Of a stretch of DNA of 64,000 bases, positions 1-13,231 are shown piece after piece. The position numbers were made by a program, and so were the translations under genes. The stretch is from Trichoplax adhaerens (lineage: Eukaryota; Animalia; Placozoa): positions 1,788,832 through 1,852,831 of the forward strand of contig NW_002060943.1 in NCBI RefSeq assembly GCF_000150275.1, read 5' to 3'. Numbering within the stretch: the first letter of the stretch is position 1; the number at the start of each line of letters is the position of its first letter. The notes beneath the pieces were generated by a model that made no database searches, was not told where the DNA came from, and saw only the letters and a program-made list of their open reading frames with translations.

Positions 1-1206
1 GGTCTTTCATACTCTGGTGTTGCTGCATCAAACAAATTGGCTTCTAACGATTATAACCGATGTCTCCGATACAAATCACAGTTCCAAAGTGCTAGCTCAA
101 GCACTCAAATCCCAGTTGGTCTTATCACCGCTATAGCCAGCCGTGAATCTCGTTGTGGTGGTGCTTTAGATTCTAATGGATATGGTGATCATGGTAATGG
201 ATATGGTTTGATGCAGGTAAATCTAGACGATAGTTATATCATTTAAAATACAGAGTTCTAATTATGATTATTTGCCTATACTCTATAGTTCGTTCATTTC
301 ATGTGATATCGAGAGATCATGACCTAGTATTTAGATTACAAGATGAGTATAGCAGATTAGCGTTCTTCTATAGAGAATAAAAGTTTCATTAATTTATAGA
401 CAATCAATGGAATGAAAATAAACCAAATTTTTAGATACGTATGTAGTGTCATGAAGCCAAACCAAAGCTTAAGATCATTTCACGTATCTAGACTATGATC
501 GCAAAAATTTCTGATTAATTTAAACGTTATAATTCCATTGCATAAGCTTTTAAATATGGAAATAAAGTCATGATACTAAACTTCAAGAGATTATGACTCA
601 GTGGTTAGATTATATAATAGGCATAGCAGATTTAGCAATCTTCTACAGAGAATAGAGTTTCATTAATTTGCAAAGATAATCCATGAAATAAAAACCAATC
701 AGATTCTCTCTCGATTCAAATTTTTTATGCAGTAATATGAAATCAAACTAAAGCTTACGATCATTTCTTGTACCTAGACTACGATCGTAAAAATTTCTTA
801 TTTACTAGGACATTATGTTGCATATGGCTCTAAAATATGGAAATAAATAAGCAGACTAAACAAAAATCTTCTCAAAATAGGTGGATAAAGTCGTATTTGC
901 TCCTATAATTGTTATTATTTCTTTGAATAGGTCGATAAACGTTATCATTCTCTACAAGGTGGACCATACAGTTCAACTCATATCTCCCAAGCTACTAACA
1001 TTTTGATCAGTTCCATCAACGGTGTTGCTAACAATCATAGATCCTGGACCAAAGAACAACAAATGCAAGGTGGTGTTGCTGCCTATAACTTTGGTGTTAG
1101 CAATGTGCAAAGTATTGGTGGTATGGATATTGGTACTACTGGCAACGATTACTCCAATGATGTCGTTGCTCGTGCTCAATGGTTCCATAATAATGGCTTC
1201 AACTAA
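1..1206 (+). CDS. LYG: Goose-type (g-type) lysozyme, 5'-truncated by the window; exons <1-216 and 931-1206
   Basis: Spliced translation reads ...IASRESRCGGALDSNGYGDHGNGYGLMQ|VDKRYH...GGVAAYNFG...MDIGTTGNDYSNDVVARAQWF. It has the SRES catalytic Glu, GLMQVD and TTGNDYSND signatures of GH23 g-lysozymes. The phase-0 GT-AG intron spans 217-930. Confidence 0.95.
310..850. repeat. Diverged tandem duplication (two copies of about 270 bp) inside the lysozyme intron
   Basis: About 310-570 aligns with about 585-850. Shared anchors: tagcagat(t)tagc..tcttcta.agagaata, gtttcattaattt, aaagctta.gatcattt, ctagacta.gatcg.aaaaatttct, aaatatggaaataaa. Confidence 0.8.
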
Positions 1207-2568
1207 ATACATGTACAACTACTCAGTTTTCTATTCCACTAAAACAGTCAAATACCCTGTCTGAGGTTTAGATTAATTTACTCTTTGTTCTTGATAATAC
1301 TACTTCAATTGTCGTATTTCTAGAATAAATGTTTGTATTGGAGTAGATAGTTCAATAAAAGCAATTAGCAACTTCTATCAGTTTGTTTTAATAAATTCTC
1401 CACCTAGTCGAAGTTAGCAGAGCGACTGGTATGTTATACCATAAGGGGAAAATGTAGTAACCTTATACAAGGATCATATCATAAATTTTGATACTCTCGT
1501 ACAGTTGCTTTCTTATGTTGCTGATTAATTCTTAGCTTCTTCTGAAATTTATCGTGTTAGTGATCACTACGATTTTTCAGTAGAAGGATCAAACTCTGGT
1601 GTTATTGTTTACATGCGAGTCTAACTTACTATAAATTTATTCTTACCTTCTTACAACATTAGTATCGATGATATTAGGATTTTGTAGTGAAACATCTGGA
1701 ATTTGATGCTAAGTTCTCCATAGTGGCAATAATACTAGGATTTTAAGTGGAATACCTTGCTTTATCCTGCAGGCTTATTTCACCATCTTACAGTACCGAC
1801 AATTGTCGTCTCTTTTAGAGTTTTTACCGCGAATTTACAAACTCTAATACCATCACTTGCTTCTATTACATGGTTAATCCCACCTCCTTGTATAATAGTA
1901 CTCTTAGTATTAGTAAAGTAGGAAATGGTATTTTGATCTTTAAGCAGCAGCTGTTATTTTTCCTCTATTTTTAAAAATCGGCTTACTGGCTTAGGTTGCA
2001 GCTTGAATGATAGATTGATTACCGTACGGAATTATTTGTACCCTACCAATGTACCTATCAGCTTAGTAATACAGCTAATACATTTACTTAATGATAGATA
2101 TCCATAATATTTTTAGCACTGATGTAAGGGTTCTATTCGATTTAGCAACACTACGCATCTGCTGCCACTACAGCTATCATTTGCATACCGGGTTGGAAAG
2201 CAATAATGAATGTTTATGCAGTATAAAGCATATGCAAATACCTAAATACATTTCACCTAATTGGCTGATAGTGTCTGTAACCAAATTTATTTCAGGTTGA
2301 AAAAAGTTAATTTTACTTCATGCATGCTAATCCATATGCAATGTACTAATATGCTTGAAAGAATAAATGCAGTGCATGCATAATTTTGTTACACCAAGGG
2401 TTGGAATTTCGTATGAGTTTTTAAGGTTACAGTGTAGTAAAATATTTACAGTACCAGATACACTTGATATACATCAGAGTTAATTTAAATTTGATGCCTG
2501 TACGCCCTGTTACTGAAATTTAAAATATTTAAAAATTTGGCAATCGAATCATATGATGCTTCTCATTC

Positions 2569-4623
2569 CTACTCCGGTAACTTTTGTATAATCCATTCTT
2601 TTAAGATGTTAATTTCTTCAATTGACATATCATGTTGCAAACCTTCAAACATCTGAAACTGACAATCTATACCTAAAGATTTTAAAGTGTTAGCAACAGC
2701 TACGCCCCATTCAAACTTGACCAATTCGTCATTATCGCCAGACATAACGATAGCGGACGGAGGTGATCTTTTATAACTGTGCAATTCCTAAAAATGACGA
2801 TAGATTAATTACACTTTCTTTCAGGAACATTATGCCTTCAAAAGATACTATCAAACTATCGAAGTAATAATGAATGTGAATACAGTATTAGATAATACTA
2901 TAATAACCTTAAATACAGCCGAATCTTTTGGAACAAAGGAGGATAAGGCAAAAATACCACCTAAGCTTCTACTATAGCGATATCCAGCATGCAAAGCCAT
3001 AGCACCTCCCATCGAAAAACCACCTACATAAGTAGTACATATTATATACCGTAAGCAAATGAAGCAATTTATAAGATAAAGAACAAGTAGCTAAGGGGAA
3101 GCACTTTTCAAATGAATATTCTAATCATGCCGTATCATCAACATCGACTAGTAAAGCAATAATATGACTAGAAAAAAGATTCGTATTATCTTATGAACAA
3201 TCTGTTTATATAGCACTGCCTAGAAGTAAAGCACTAACATAACTACAGGATCAAGAAGATTATTTTATCTTAATCAAAATCTATTCACCTCTATGCAATG
3301 TCGCGATATCCCTATTAGCTTATGAGCAATCTGTCTATATAGCACTGCCTAGGAGTAAAGCACTAATATATCTACAGGATCAAGATAATTACGTTATCTT
3401 AATCAGAATCTCTAAGAAAGAAAGCACTATTATAACTACTGGATTAAGATAATAGTATTATCTTATAATAATCTATTCACATCTATGCAATGTTACAATA
3501 TTCCTATTATCGTGACAACCAAAAAAGTTGTATTCACAGCAACAATATCTGAAAGTAGTTGTAGACAATAATAAACTTGATCGATCATTAAAAATTATCC
3601 TTCCTATTTCAACTTGCATTACCGGCGATTTAATGGTAGTTTTACACTAAATTATCTAGGGAGCGTTGTCTAGATTATTGTTAGCAAAGCAAATCAACTT
3701 TTAAAATTCCAAATCTAAACAAACGCTGCGATTACAGAATTCTCACCAATGATAATCCTGTGATAGGGAATACCCTGGCGCACTTCATCTTCAATCAGTT
3801 GATGAACTATAGGTTTAAAATTAAGATTTTAGATCAATGTATTAGTTTGAATTGGTCATGAAGAATAGCTGTGTTTGTTACTAGTTAGCTTATCTGGTTA
3901 TAAATACTGCACCATAATGAGATAGGCATACGAACAAAGTTTCTACAGAATGCCATTAAAAATCAGTATGTTAACGGAAATTTTGGTAACTGTCGGTAAA
4001 CTTACTTCTATCCTTCATGACATCCACAGAATTTAACATTTCAGTGGTATTGGCATCGATGCTACGACGATCGAACCAGACATTGCTGAGTTGGCCATTT
4101 AAAGGTGTATATGGTTGTTGAGGTCTATGCGAATTGATTGTGATAACATGAAAGAGAGATACTCAATGTTTTTGTCAATCATGATTCGACTATTAATATA
4201 CAAATAAGAGCTGAGCTCTTTTTATCAGCTAATACAGTACAGCAATTCACCAATTCAGGTCAATTTCAGTATCTTCCATCATAAGATCTACTGCGCTATT
4301 CTATATAACTTACAGCTGTATAATATCATACATCATTATCGCACATAAATTGATCTTGAATAGAATGAGCACAAAATCAACTTGTAGAATAGGATTTCAC
4401 ACGCAAAAGCAAATTAGACTTACGCATGTGGATATACTATTCGTATATGAGGAAATCGAAAGACGCCCTTGACCAAGACATTTAACCAATGACGCACACC
4501 TACAGCAGTATCCCCAGATCCATGTAAGAATATTACCGTTGCTGTATGTTTCCTACCACTACTATTAGGTACAACTAAACGTTGTAAAGGTTTGATGAGA
4601 GCTGCAGTCTTTTCTGCAGACAT
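2569..4623 (-). CDS. LYPLAL1: Lysophospholipase-like protein 1 / acyl-protein thioesterase family; exons 4623-4424, 4124-4006, 3806-3747, 3023-2908, 2787-2569
   Basis: Motifs FLHGSGD, PYTPLNGQLSNVWFDR, IIIGGFSMGG (nucleophile Ser), GDNDELV (Asp) and GLQH (His). All introns are GT-AG with consistent phases. Confidence 0.9.
3183..3510. repeat. Intronic tandem repeat, unit about 130 bp, two full copies plus an internal partial copy
   Basis: cttatga.caatctgt.tatatagcactgcctag.agtaaagcactaa at about 3190 and 3319; aaagcacta...gga.caaga recurs at about 3422; atctattcac.tctatgcaatgt at about 3279 and 3471. Confidence 0.85.
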
Positions 4624-5502
4624 TGTGATTGTGGTTAAGAGATTGTCTGCCTTCTGCTCATTAACGAGTGTCTGTCTGTATCACTCGCTGCAATAGAGTA
4701 TTTCCGGCCGTCCAGGTAGCCCTATCACGTAGATAGAAATTAATTAATTAATACTGTATATCCTATCATAAGCCTCTATGCTTGATTCTATGCTATATTT
4801 TAGCACGTAGTAGTGCAGGGTAACAGTTTTAGATGCAGTAGACCAGTAACGACTCTATAACCTATCTTGTTCTCCCTTCTATAATAATATGAGTAATAAG
4901 GAGATTGAAAAAGGATGTCGGCGAGTAGTTCTTGAGTAGACCTGCACAGCAACGCTTTATTTCCCTACAATATAGTAATAAGGCCGAGGAAAGAAAGTTG
5001 CATTAAGCAACATCAGATCTCTAGTGGTAGAATTTTGCGAGCTGTAAACTTTATCGTCTGTTGAACTATAGCTACCTCTCTGAATTGAATCATTTAAACT
5101 AAGAAAAAAAGCACAATGACATGCTCTAGAACGTCTCCAAAAATCACTTAATTCATGTTAGTTTTGAGCACTTTCTGACAAGATTAGCAATCTGTGCCAA
5201 CCATATGCGACATAGGCTAAAGTCTAAGCTCGTAAAATTTACACTGATTGCAGAACCTGCAGACCCTAGCTGTAGTTGGAGTTATTTAGTTTAAGCATTT
5301 TACAGTTGCATAAATCTATTGGAGATATTATTTTTTATATATGCTATGCTATATGCTAATCAATAATAACATAATTAGGCAAAGGTTAATTCACGCCTCA
5401 AGAGTCGGATTATTCTTTCGTCATAATAAGTACTATGCTATTTAGCGTAGTTATAGTCACAATCGTCGTTATGTATCAGAATCGACCGATACGCCATCGC
5501 TA

Positions 5503-5516
5503 GTTGCTAAGGTAAC
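5503..5516 (+). promoter_or_regulatory. RFX X-box-like palindrome GTTGCTAAGGTAAC
   Basis: Near-consensus X-box in the divergent intergenic region upstream of the MINDY4B-like gene. Confidence 0.5.
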
Positions 5517-6911
5517 ACTGGCCGATTTGACGCGCTTTACTACTTGCTAAAATCGATAGAAATTCTATAGTATAACCAAGATATATTGTGGATATTACGT
5601 CTATATGACTAGATGATAGGCATTAATTAATTAATGGGCTAATACCGGCCTAAACAATCAACCCATTCCATATTAGTAATACTATTGTTATCTGTAAGTC
5701 TATTGCAGCTTTCTACTACTATATATAATTGGCAAGGTAGATTGAAAGATATCAAAATTCATCTATTTTGTAGTTATATCCGAGCTAGAACTTTTAGAAT
5801 AGACCCGCCATTACGTAGTGTAAAATTACCGCCATTATCAATATTGTTGACGAATCTCTTATAACTATTTAGAGTAGGTGATTACAATTAGTTGAGGACA
5901 ATGTTTATTCTTGGCTTACTGCTGCGATAGGATTCTTACAGCTTAAATTATCAAGTATTTAAGAATGTTATTACATTAATTTAAGCCATAATAATTCATC
6001 CTAGTAGTTTACTTTTTCTTTACTCTTTCTTCTGGTTACTTTTGTTGTGTTGGCTTTTATGGCATTAAGATAATAACCGTACAGGCACAGCTGGAGGCGT
6101 TTCAAAAAGTTAAAAAATTGGTATAAAGCCTAGCAGTCACGGTAAGACATAGCGTTTTGAATATTCAACTGTGTAATTTTTTTTGTCAACCTTCAACAAC
6201 CAGGCAGTCCTACAAAAATAGTCAGCAACTATATAAAATAATCACTAGATTGATGATGGATATTGATCCTTTATCTCGAAGTAGAACCCAAATCAATGTT
6301 TAGCCATCCTCAGTTGTTGAGTAACCTTATCGTCAGTATTTAATAGTTTTAGTAATATAGTATACACGAGTAAGTGATGTAGATAATTTATGATAACCTA
6401 CATGACGCAAGCAAAATCTATGTAATTACAGGCGTGTTTAATAAAGAAATTTGTTCGAAATAGAATTATAGCTAAATTTAGAAGTAGAATCAACGGTAAG
6501 TTCAAGATATGATGCCTTTAATATCATGCTGTTTTAATAATACAAACATCTAACTAATTAAAATAAAACCAAAGAGTATTGTAAAATCAATCTAAACAAC
6601 TACCCTAGCTATACATTTAGTTTTTTTGATTGTTGGAGAAGTAGGATTATAATTATATAAATTGAGATTGTACACTGTTATTTTATGTTTACGTTAGCGA
6701 TTTCAAGTTAGATTTGTCAAGAGCTAGCTAATCTTTAATGTAATACAACTAGTAATAAAGCTATTGCCTTTTTCTTTTTAAAATTTACAGAAGCTTAACT
6801 CAAGGACAAGTTCACCTTTAGTTAGAATTGATCATTGTGGTTAACACTTGTATGAAAAAAGTTACTTACAGAGGAACGCTTTCAACCGATATAGTACATA
6901 AAATCTAAAAT

Positions 6912-9900
6912 ATGACTGAAACTATACAATCCGTAGTAGCTCACGTTGATCAGCAAGCCATGCAAAAATTGGCCGATACGCTTGAAATAGAGGCCAAGTA
7001 AGTTTCACTCAATCTAGCGTTAAAAATTTATCCATAATGGCATCTCTGTTAAACAACACAATAATCATTTTGACTCCCAATTGACAATATTCGACATACA
7101 TAATAAGCAATTATGTCGATTTTTAACAAATAACAAACGAGATATCAGTAAATATTATATATATTGTTCACATTTGATTTAGTACATGAAATTAAAACAT
7201 AACGAGATTCTTATAAATGTCAAGTTAATATCTACGTTTGTAATTGGTTATGGTCCCTCCCTTTCAATATTAGCCTAAATCTAGCTTCAAATATCAAAAT
7301 CTAACACTCATGTTTTCACATCCTGGCTAGTTGTTCGCTATAGCTAGTCACCTTAATCCTATTATCGAATTATAAAAGTAGAGCAGATTGACATCTATTT
7401 TATTTTAAAATTGGGGCAAAATAATTCATGAGTTTGTCCTTCTTCATCATCTTTAAGCGAACAATATAACATATCACTTTTTTACGAGTACCGACACTGG
7501 CTACTTTTTTTATCATCAGTATTATTTTATTAAAGGCTTTTAGTTAGAAATTTTTTGTAAAGATTTATCTAGTACAGTTGTCTAGTAAAGCTCTCTCAAC
7601 GACAAATTCATTTTTCTCATGTCTTACAATAAACTTACGTTATACGTAAACAATCGAAAAGCTAAAGAATATTAACGCACAATAACCCAATTTTGTAGTT
7701 AATAGTAAATTAAAAAATCGTATGAGCCTATTACGAAAATTGGGCAAATTCTGGTATCAGTGCTTTCACTTGATCAAAAATAGCAGAAGTGGCTTACTTA
7801 AAAATATTGACTGGAGCTAAATTTTATTATATTGCTAGAAGAAACGGATAAAAGATAGGATATTAGCTAGTGTCTTAATTTGATCAGAAAATAATAGAAA
7901 GACTTTAGTCATGAAACAACATTCACTGCATTATAATTAAATCGCTTTCTGTAACTATGAGTAAAGGTTGGATTATTTACTAATGTCTTAGCATGGTAAG
8001 AAATCAAGGAGAGTATTTAATCATAAATAGTATTAACTGTAGTTAAATTATATCTTGTTGCTGCAACTAATAGATTACACAGTCAATTCCTTAGCAGGGC
8101 TAGAAAAATCATGGAAAGAGTGCAAAGACAAATATTAATTTCATTCTATACTACCTGAGACTATATATTATTCTATTATTACAACGACAGAAAATCTGCT
8201 TTAGCGCTTTAAAAAATTACAGAAATAACTTAGACTTGATAATAATGATTACATTATCGTGCCAAAAAAAACAGAAGAATTTTATAGTCAGAATAGTAGC
8301 CTACTAATTAAGATTGATAAAATTTTAGAATAATAGGCACATGATTTTAAATTACAATATATGCTGGTCTATCGTTAAACGCTACAATTTAACTAATGAA
8401 GATGTAGCTGATAATAATATCCATTGGTTGCAATCCTTCTGCCGCTTAAATAAGGATATTATCATCATTTCATTATACAGCATAGACTACGTCAGCTTAT
8501 AAGAACTCAACTACATTCTATGCATTTATAATTACTTCTAAATAGACTCGATCGATCGATCTACTGTATATCACGATGATGTCAGATTAAATGTGCAGTT
8601 TGCAAAATCATTTAGTCCTTTGAAATTATTCCTTACATAATGATGTGCTAGATTAATACGACTTATAAGAATTCAGTTTAATTCTATACAACAGAAATTC
8701 AACTCTGAAGAGACTATAACTGACCACTTAAATGCTAATTTCCAAACCGACCATAGACTGACTGATTCTTCCTGCACGTACATTCAGCACAATACCGCCA
8801 TAATGCGAATCAATCAATTTATTTTCGCCTATATATATGAAATTTACTAACGGCAGTTTAGCCTATAGCACGAGAGTATTAGATTAAAAAATAGTAGCCC
8901 AGTATAACAATTTCACTTTAAAGTTCTGACCGAAATCAGGTATATTATATAAATAATTAAGCTAATAACTAACCTATTTCCTTTATTACATCTATATAAC
9001 TATCAAGAAAAAAAGCTCAAAAGGTAATTGAAATGTGTCATCCATTACTCTGAAAATTAAAATAAATTGTTAATTAATCCTACGATTTGTCAACAAAGCT
9101 AAAATAAAAAATTTTAATCCGTAGACGGCCATCTTATCTCTAGATGAAAGAGTAAAATTAAAGTTAAAAGAACGAGGTAAAGTCTTACTGTATTTTTTAT
9201 ATTATATCGGAAGCAAGAAAAAGAAGGCATTCGGGTTATTATTCTCATTTATCTCATGTCTGTATCATAAATATTATTGATTTCTATGCTGCTATTTTAG
9301 CTCGAATTGAAGCTTCCGCCCGATTTTCTGCATCTTATCAAAAATATAAAACTATTAGTCTAACGGATTCACTGGTATGATTAAATTTAGAAGGACTACA
9401 TCTTAGCTCATTTATATAAAATTACTTTATGTATTCATTGTTATCCCATATTAATTATCGACGTAGCTCCATTAAATTGATGTAGTACCTACTCGTACTG
9501 TCTCATTATTGAATGATGATTAATTTATAATATAATATTCATCCCCGATTATTGTTAAATTAAACTGTCTTTATAGATTTCATACTAAAAATTAATCATT
9601 TTAACAGTAACTCACTTATAAATTTCAATTGAAGCGCTCAATTTAAAGTTTTAATTCATCTTTCAGTTCCACGTATACGCTATATTACGTTATTCGATAA
9701 ATTAATTATAGAGCATAACCTGCTTTATATTTAGCATTGAAACTTGATTTCTTCTCCTTCGATCACATGCGACGACCTGCGATGTAATAAATTGTAAATT
9801 TATGATGATTAGAGACGATTTATATAAAAAAAAATATCGCTAACTTCCGTGAATACACCTACATATTGATAGAGCATGAATTAGTCTACATATTATTATG

Positions 9901-12679
9901 CAAGCAAATACTATACTATATTGTAATTTGGTTAAACTATATTATCCGCAACTTTTGCATGGATTTACACTGCTAAAAGATATTATATGCCAAATTTTAT
10001 CTTAATATTATTCATCAGGCTCTAAGAAAGATCCTTTTCGGTCAGTTAATGGTACCGAAAGAAATTGACTGGTGTCGAGAAAGTTTTATCTTTCATATAC
10101 ATAATTATGGATTACCTTTTGGGCTTAAAATTCATAAGGTATACTACTGATACAGGTTGTCTATTATGTCAGCTATCCAATTAAGAAACTGAAATAATTA
10201 TCATATTTACTAATTTTATTTAATAACAGAATGGACCATGCGGTGTTATTGCTGTCGTACAAGCATTCGTACTAAGACATTTAATATTTGATGAAGACGA
10301 TGAAAACAACTATAAACGGTAGAGAATGAAGCCCAATTTTCTTCTGATTGGGCTTTTCATTTATACTGTAGCATCATCATGTATTTCGAATTTAATGTTT
10401 TAAATGCCTACCATGGCCTAACAGATTGAAAGCAGTCAATGAAAGGGAACGACAAAATGCATTAGCGCTAGCTTTGGCTGATATACTGTGGATTGCCGGT
10501 GAAGAAAGTAAAACTGCAATCGTTTTATTACCGCCAGATGATGATCGTTCAAAACCCATAGGAGCATCTCAAGTTAGGCTGAATGACATGACCGAAGATG
10601 TAAGTTATTCAGTTCTCGAATTTGTCAGTTTTTAGCTAAAGATCGTAAGCTATATTTAGCTAGCTAAAAGATTTGTACACTGCCGATACAGCTTCTCATA
10701 ATACCGTAATACAATAGTCATTGGAGCCTAGTGAAGTGTCTCTTTTATATGCGTATAGCGGCATAGCAATATAGTTATGAAATATCCCAGTTATCATGCT
10801 TAGGTACTGAAGCCAGTTGACAACGAATCAAGCTGCTGATTCATTACTTAGTCACCGCGGACTACCTACTACAATAAATTACAGCAAATAACTATTGCCA
10901 CTTTTAGATTCTATCCACATCCAGAAATAATACACTGTTAATTATAATTAACTAGGTCGCAAATTTAACAATTTGTAAAGTATTACTCTCCTTGATATTT
11001 ATTGCATCTTGTACTGTGTAGTAATTTTTTTACTATACGCGTATACACAATGCTTTTAACTGCTATTGCAAACTAATTCAGTTCATTCCATTAATTAGGG
11101 AATTCTGTATCAATTTAATGCATTTAATGATCTTCGAGACTTTATCAAGAAGAAATTACCTATTGTAAGGCTGTTTACAGACTTTGATCAAGACTATCTA
11201 CTTGTCCTTTTAATAACCCCTATAATTTTACTACTACGAATCTGTTTTTATCAGTTTCAACATGAATTTGGATATGGTGTCGCATTTTTTCTTTATTCTG
11301 CTATCCTATCCAGAGGGATTGAAAAGTAAATATAATTCAAACTGAAAAACTAATCATTTTAGTCATGCTGGTAAACAAAAAAAAAGCTGTAGTAGTATAG
11401 TTTAATCGATCTATTTTGTTATGATAGCATACGAAATGATATGGATGATCCAGAGAAGATCTTACTGACTGAGAATGAAAGATGCTCGCAAGAATTAATC
11501 AACTTGCTACTAGTGGGCAAAGCTGTCTCTTATGTTTTTAATGGCATTTTGGATTACGATTACAAGTTACGAAAGCCTCTGGTTTGTATACCCTTAATAA
11601 TTAATTGATAAGTAATATTATAATCAATATAGTATTATTATCTTCATTGTGTAAATCACTAAGTTATGGAAATAGATTTAAGCTCATTGCTTGTTAAGTG
11701 CGTAAAAGTCATTTTTGATTCGTACGAATAGCAACAACCCCTTTTTGGCATTGACAAACGTGGAGTAGTAGGCCTACTCACGCTGATGGAACATGTCGCT
11801 GAAGGCAACTATACGGTATAAATATTTATGTCTAATAGAGTGATTGAAAACCTGAACGGCTTTTGATATTACCAGTTATGAAACTTCTAAAGAATTGCAG
11901 ATACTCACGTTGTATAATTTACTTGCCTATGACATGCAATCAGTATTTGCAGTAATACAGACTGATTTTAGCTTTCCCCAACATAACTCTAATTGTATCA
12001 TGAAAAATTCTAGGTTGGCAGTAAGCTCAAAACACCAAAATATCCCATATGGGTTGTAAATATCGAACTCAGCTTTGCTGTTATCTTTTCTTGTAAAAGA
12101 GATTTGTTAAACGATTGGTAATAGAAACATAAATTAGAATTTATATAAATCTACTTGCTATCTAGATCTGCTAATAATAGTAGGTAAATTATTGGTTGTA
12201 AAAACGCTACTTATCACGGTTAAATTTTTTATGACATAGGAAAGCGGAAAGGCAATTTCATTTATGGTACTATACTGGATTAGTAAGTCAGACGGAGCTT
12301 CAACGGATTCATATCGGTAAGAAACGATCACGAACCGATAGCTAACATTCTATAGTAGTTACGATTATCATGACTATTTTCGTCAACTGTACGAGTTTTA
12401 CTTGAATACACTATTATCCCATACAGTGGTATAGCATTATCCAATAATTTATGATCATCTAATTTCATGTAGACACCTTGCAAACCTATATGCCCAAAAA
12501 TAAGGATAATGTCGAACCTCTTATTAATCATTGCATACGTACGAAGTAAGTAGAAAATTGTCTGACAAAAATGATTATCTTTTTTCTCAACTCGCTTATA
12601 CTGAATACTGCCAATCATAATTTTAAATTCTAGATGGAGTGGTGTTAAAATTAGTAGTCATAGCTCAATCTCGAAATAG
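6912..12679 (+). CDS. MINDY4B: MINDY-family (MINDY4/MINDY4B, FAM188B-like) deubiquitinase homologue, probably catalytically inactive; about 15 exons
   Basis: Exons encode ALRKILFG...WCRESF...FGLKIHK|NGPCGVIAVVQAFVL, ALALALADILWIAG, FLYSAILSRGIE, CSQELINLLLVGKAVSYVFNG, VGSKLKTPKYPIWVVNIELSFAVIF, W|KAERQFHLWYYTGL and INHCIRTK|WSG. Stop is TAG 12677-12679. The N-terminal exons (6912-6997, 9008-9023, 9125-9176, 9301-9374) are less certain. Confidence 0.85.
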
Positions 12680-13231
12680 CTATTGCCTATTGGAGTACAA
12701 AGAAATAAGAATCGACTACGGATCTGTCAACAATTAACAATCTTTTAATTATGCCAATCTTAGCTTTAAGCATGGATCTACCGTGATATAAAGAATGTTA
12801 AATAATAATATACAGTACTACAAAGTAATAAATGGCTTCATAACAGATTTAAAAATGATTTGGTCTCCTGGATTTCATAGTCAGAGAAGATTGTATAAGA
12901 GAAGGCATCACAATACAAAGAATACATGTATATCACTTGTATATCGCAACACCTTCATAGTTATGTTTTAGTTCAGATGATATACGACCATTCATACAAT
13001 TTTCAATTAACACTTAAACCAATTTTGAGAATATATGCGAAAATAAACTATTCAAAGAAATTACCGTAAGCTGCAGTAGTTAAAATAGAGTGCCTTTTTC
13101 GTATCTGCAGGTATGGATCAAATCTGTAAAAAAACGATCGATTAAATAATATCATTCAAATTTGTCTCTAGTACCGTATCATTTGGCACAAAATTGTAAC
13201 TGCTTGCCAGTCTAGATTTTAAAGCCTACTT

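Noticed and set aside
973-1264. ORFs 973-1218 (-) and 1022-1264 (+)
   Set aside because: Shadows of the last lysozyme exon.
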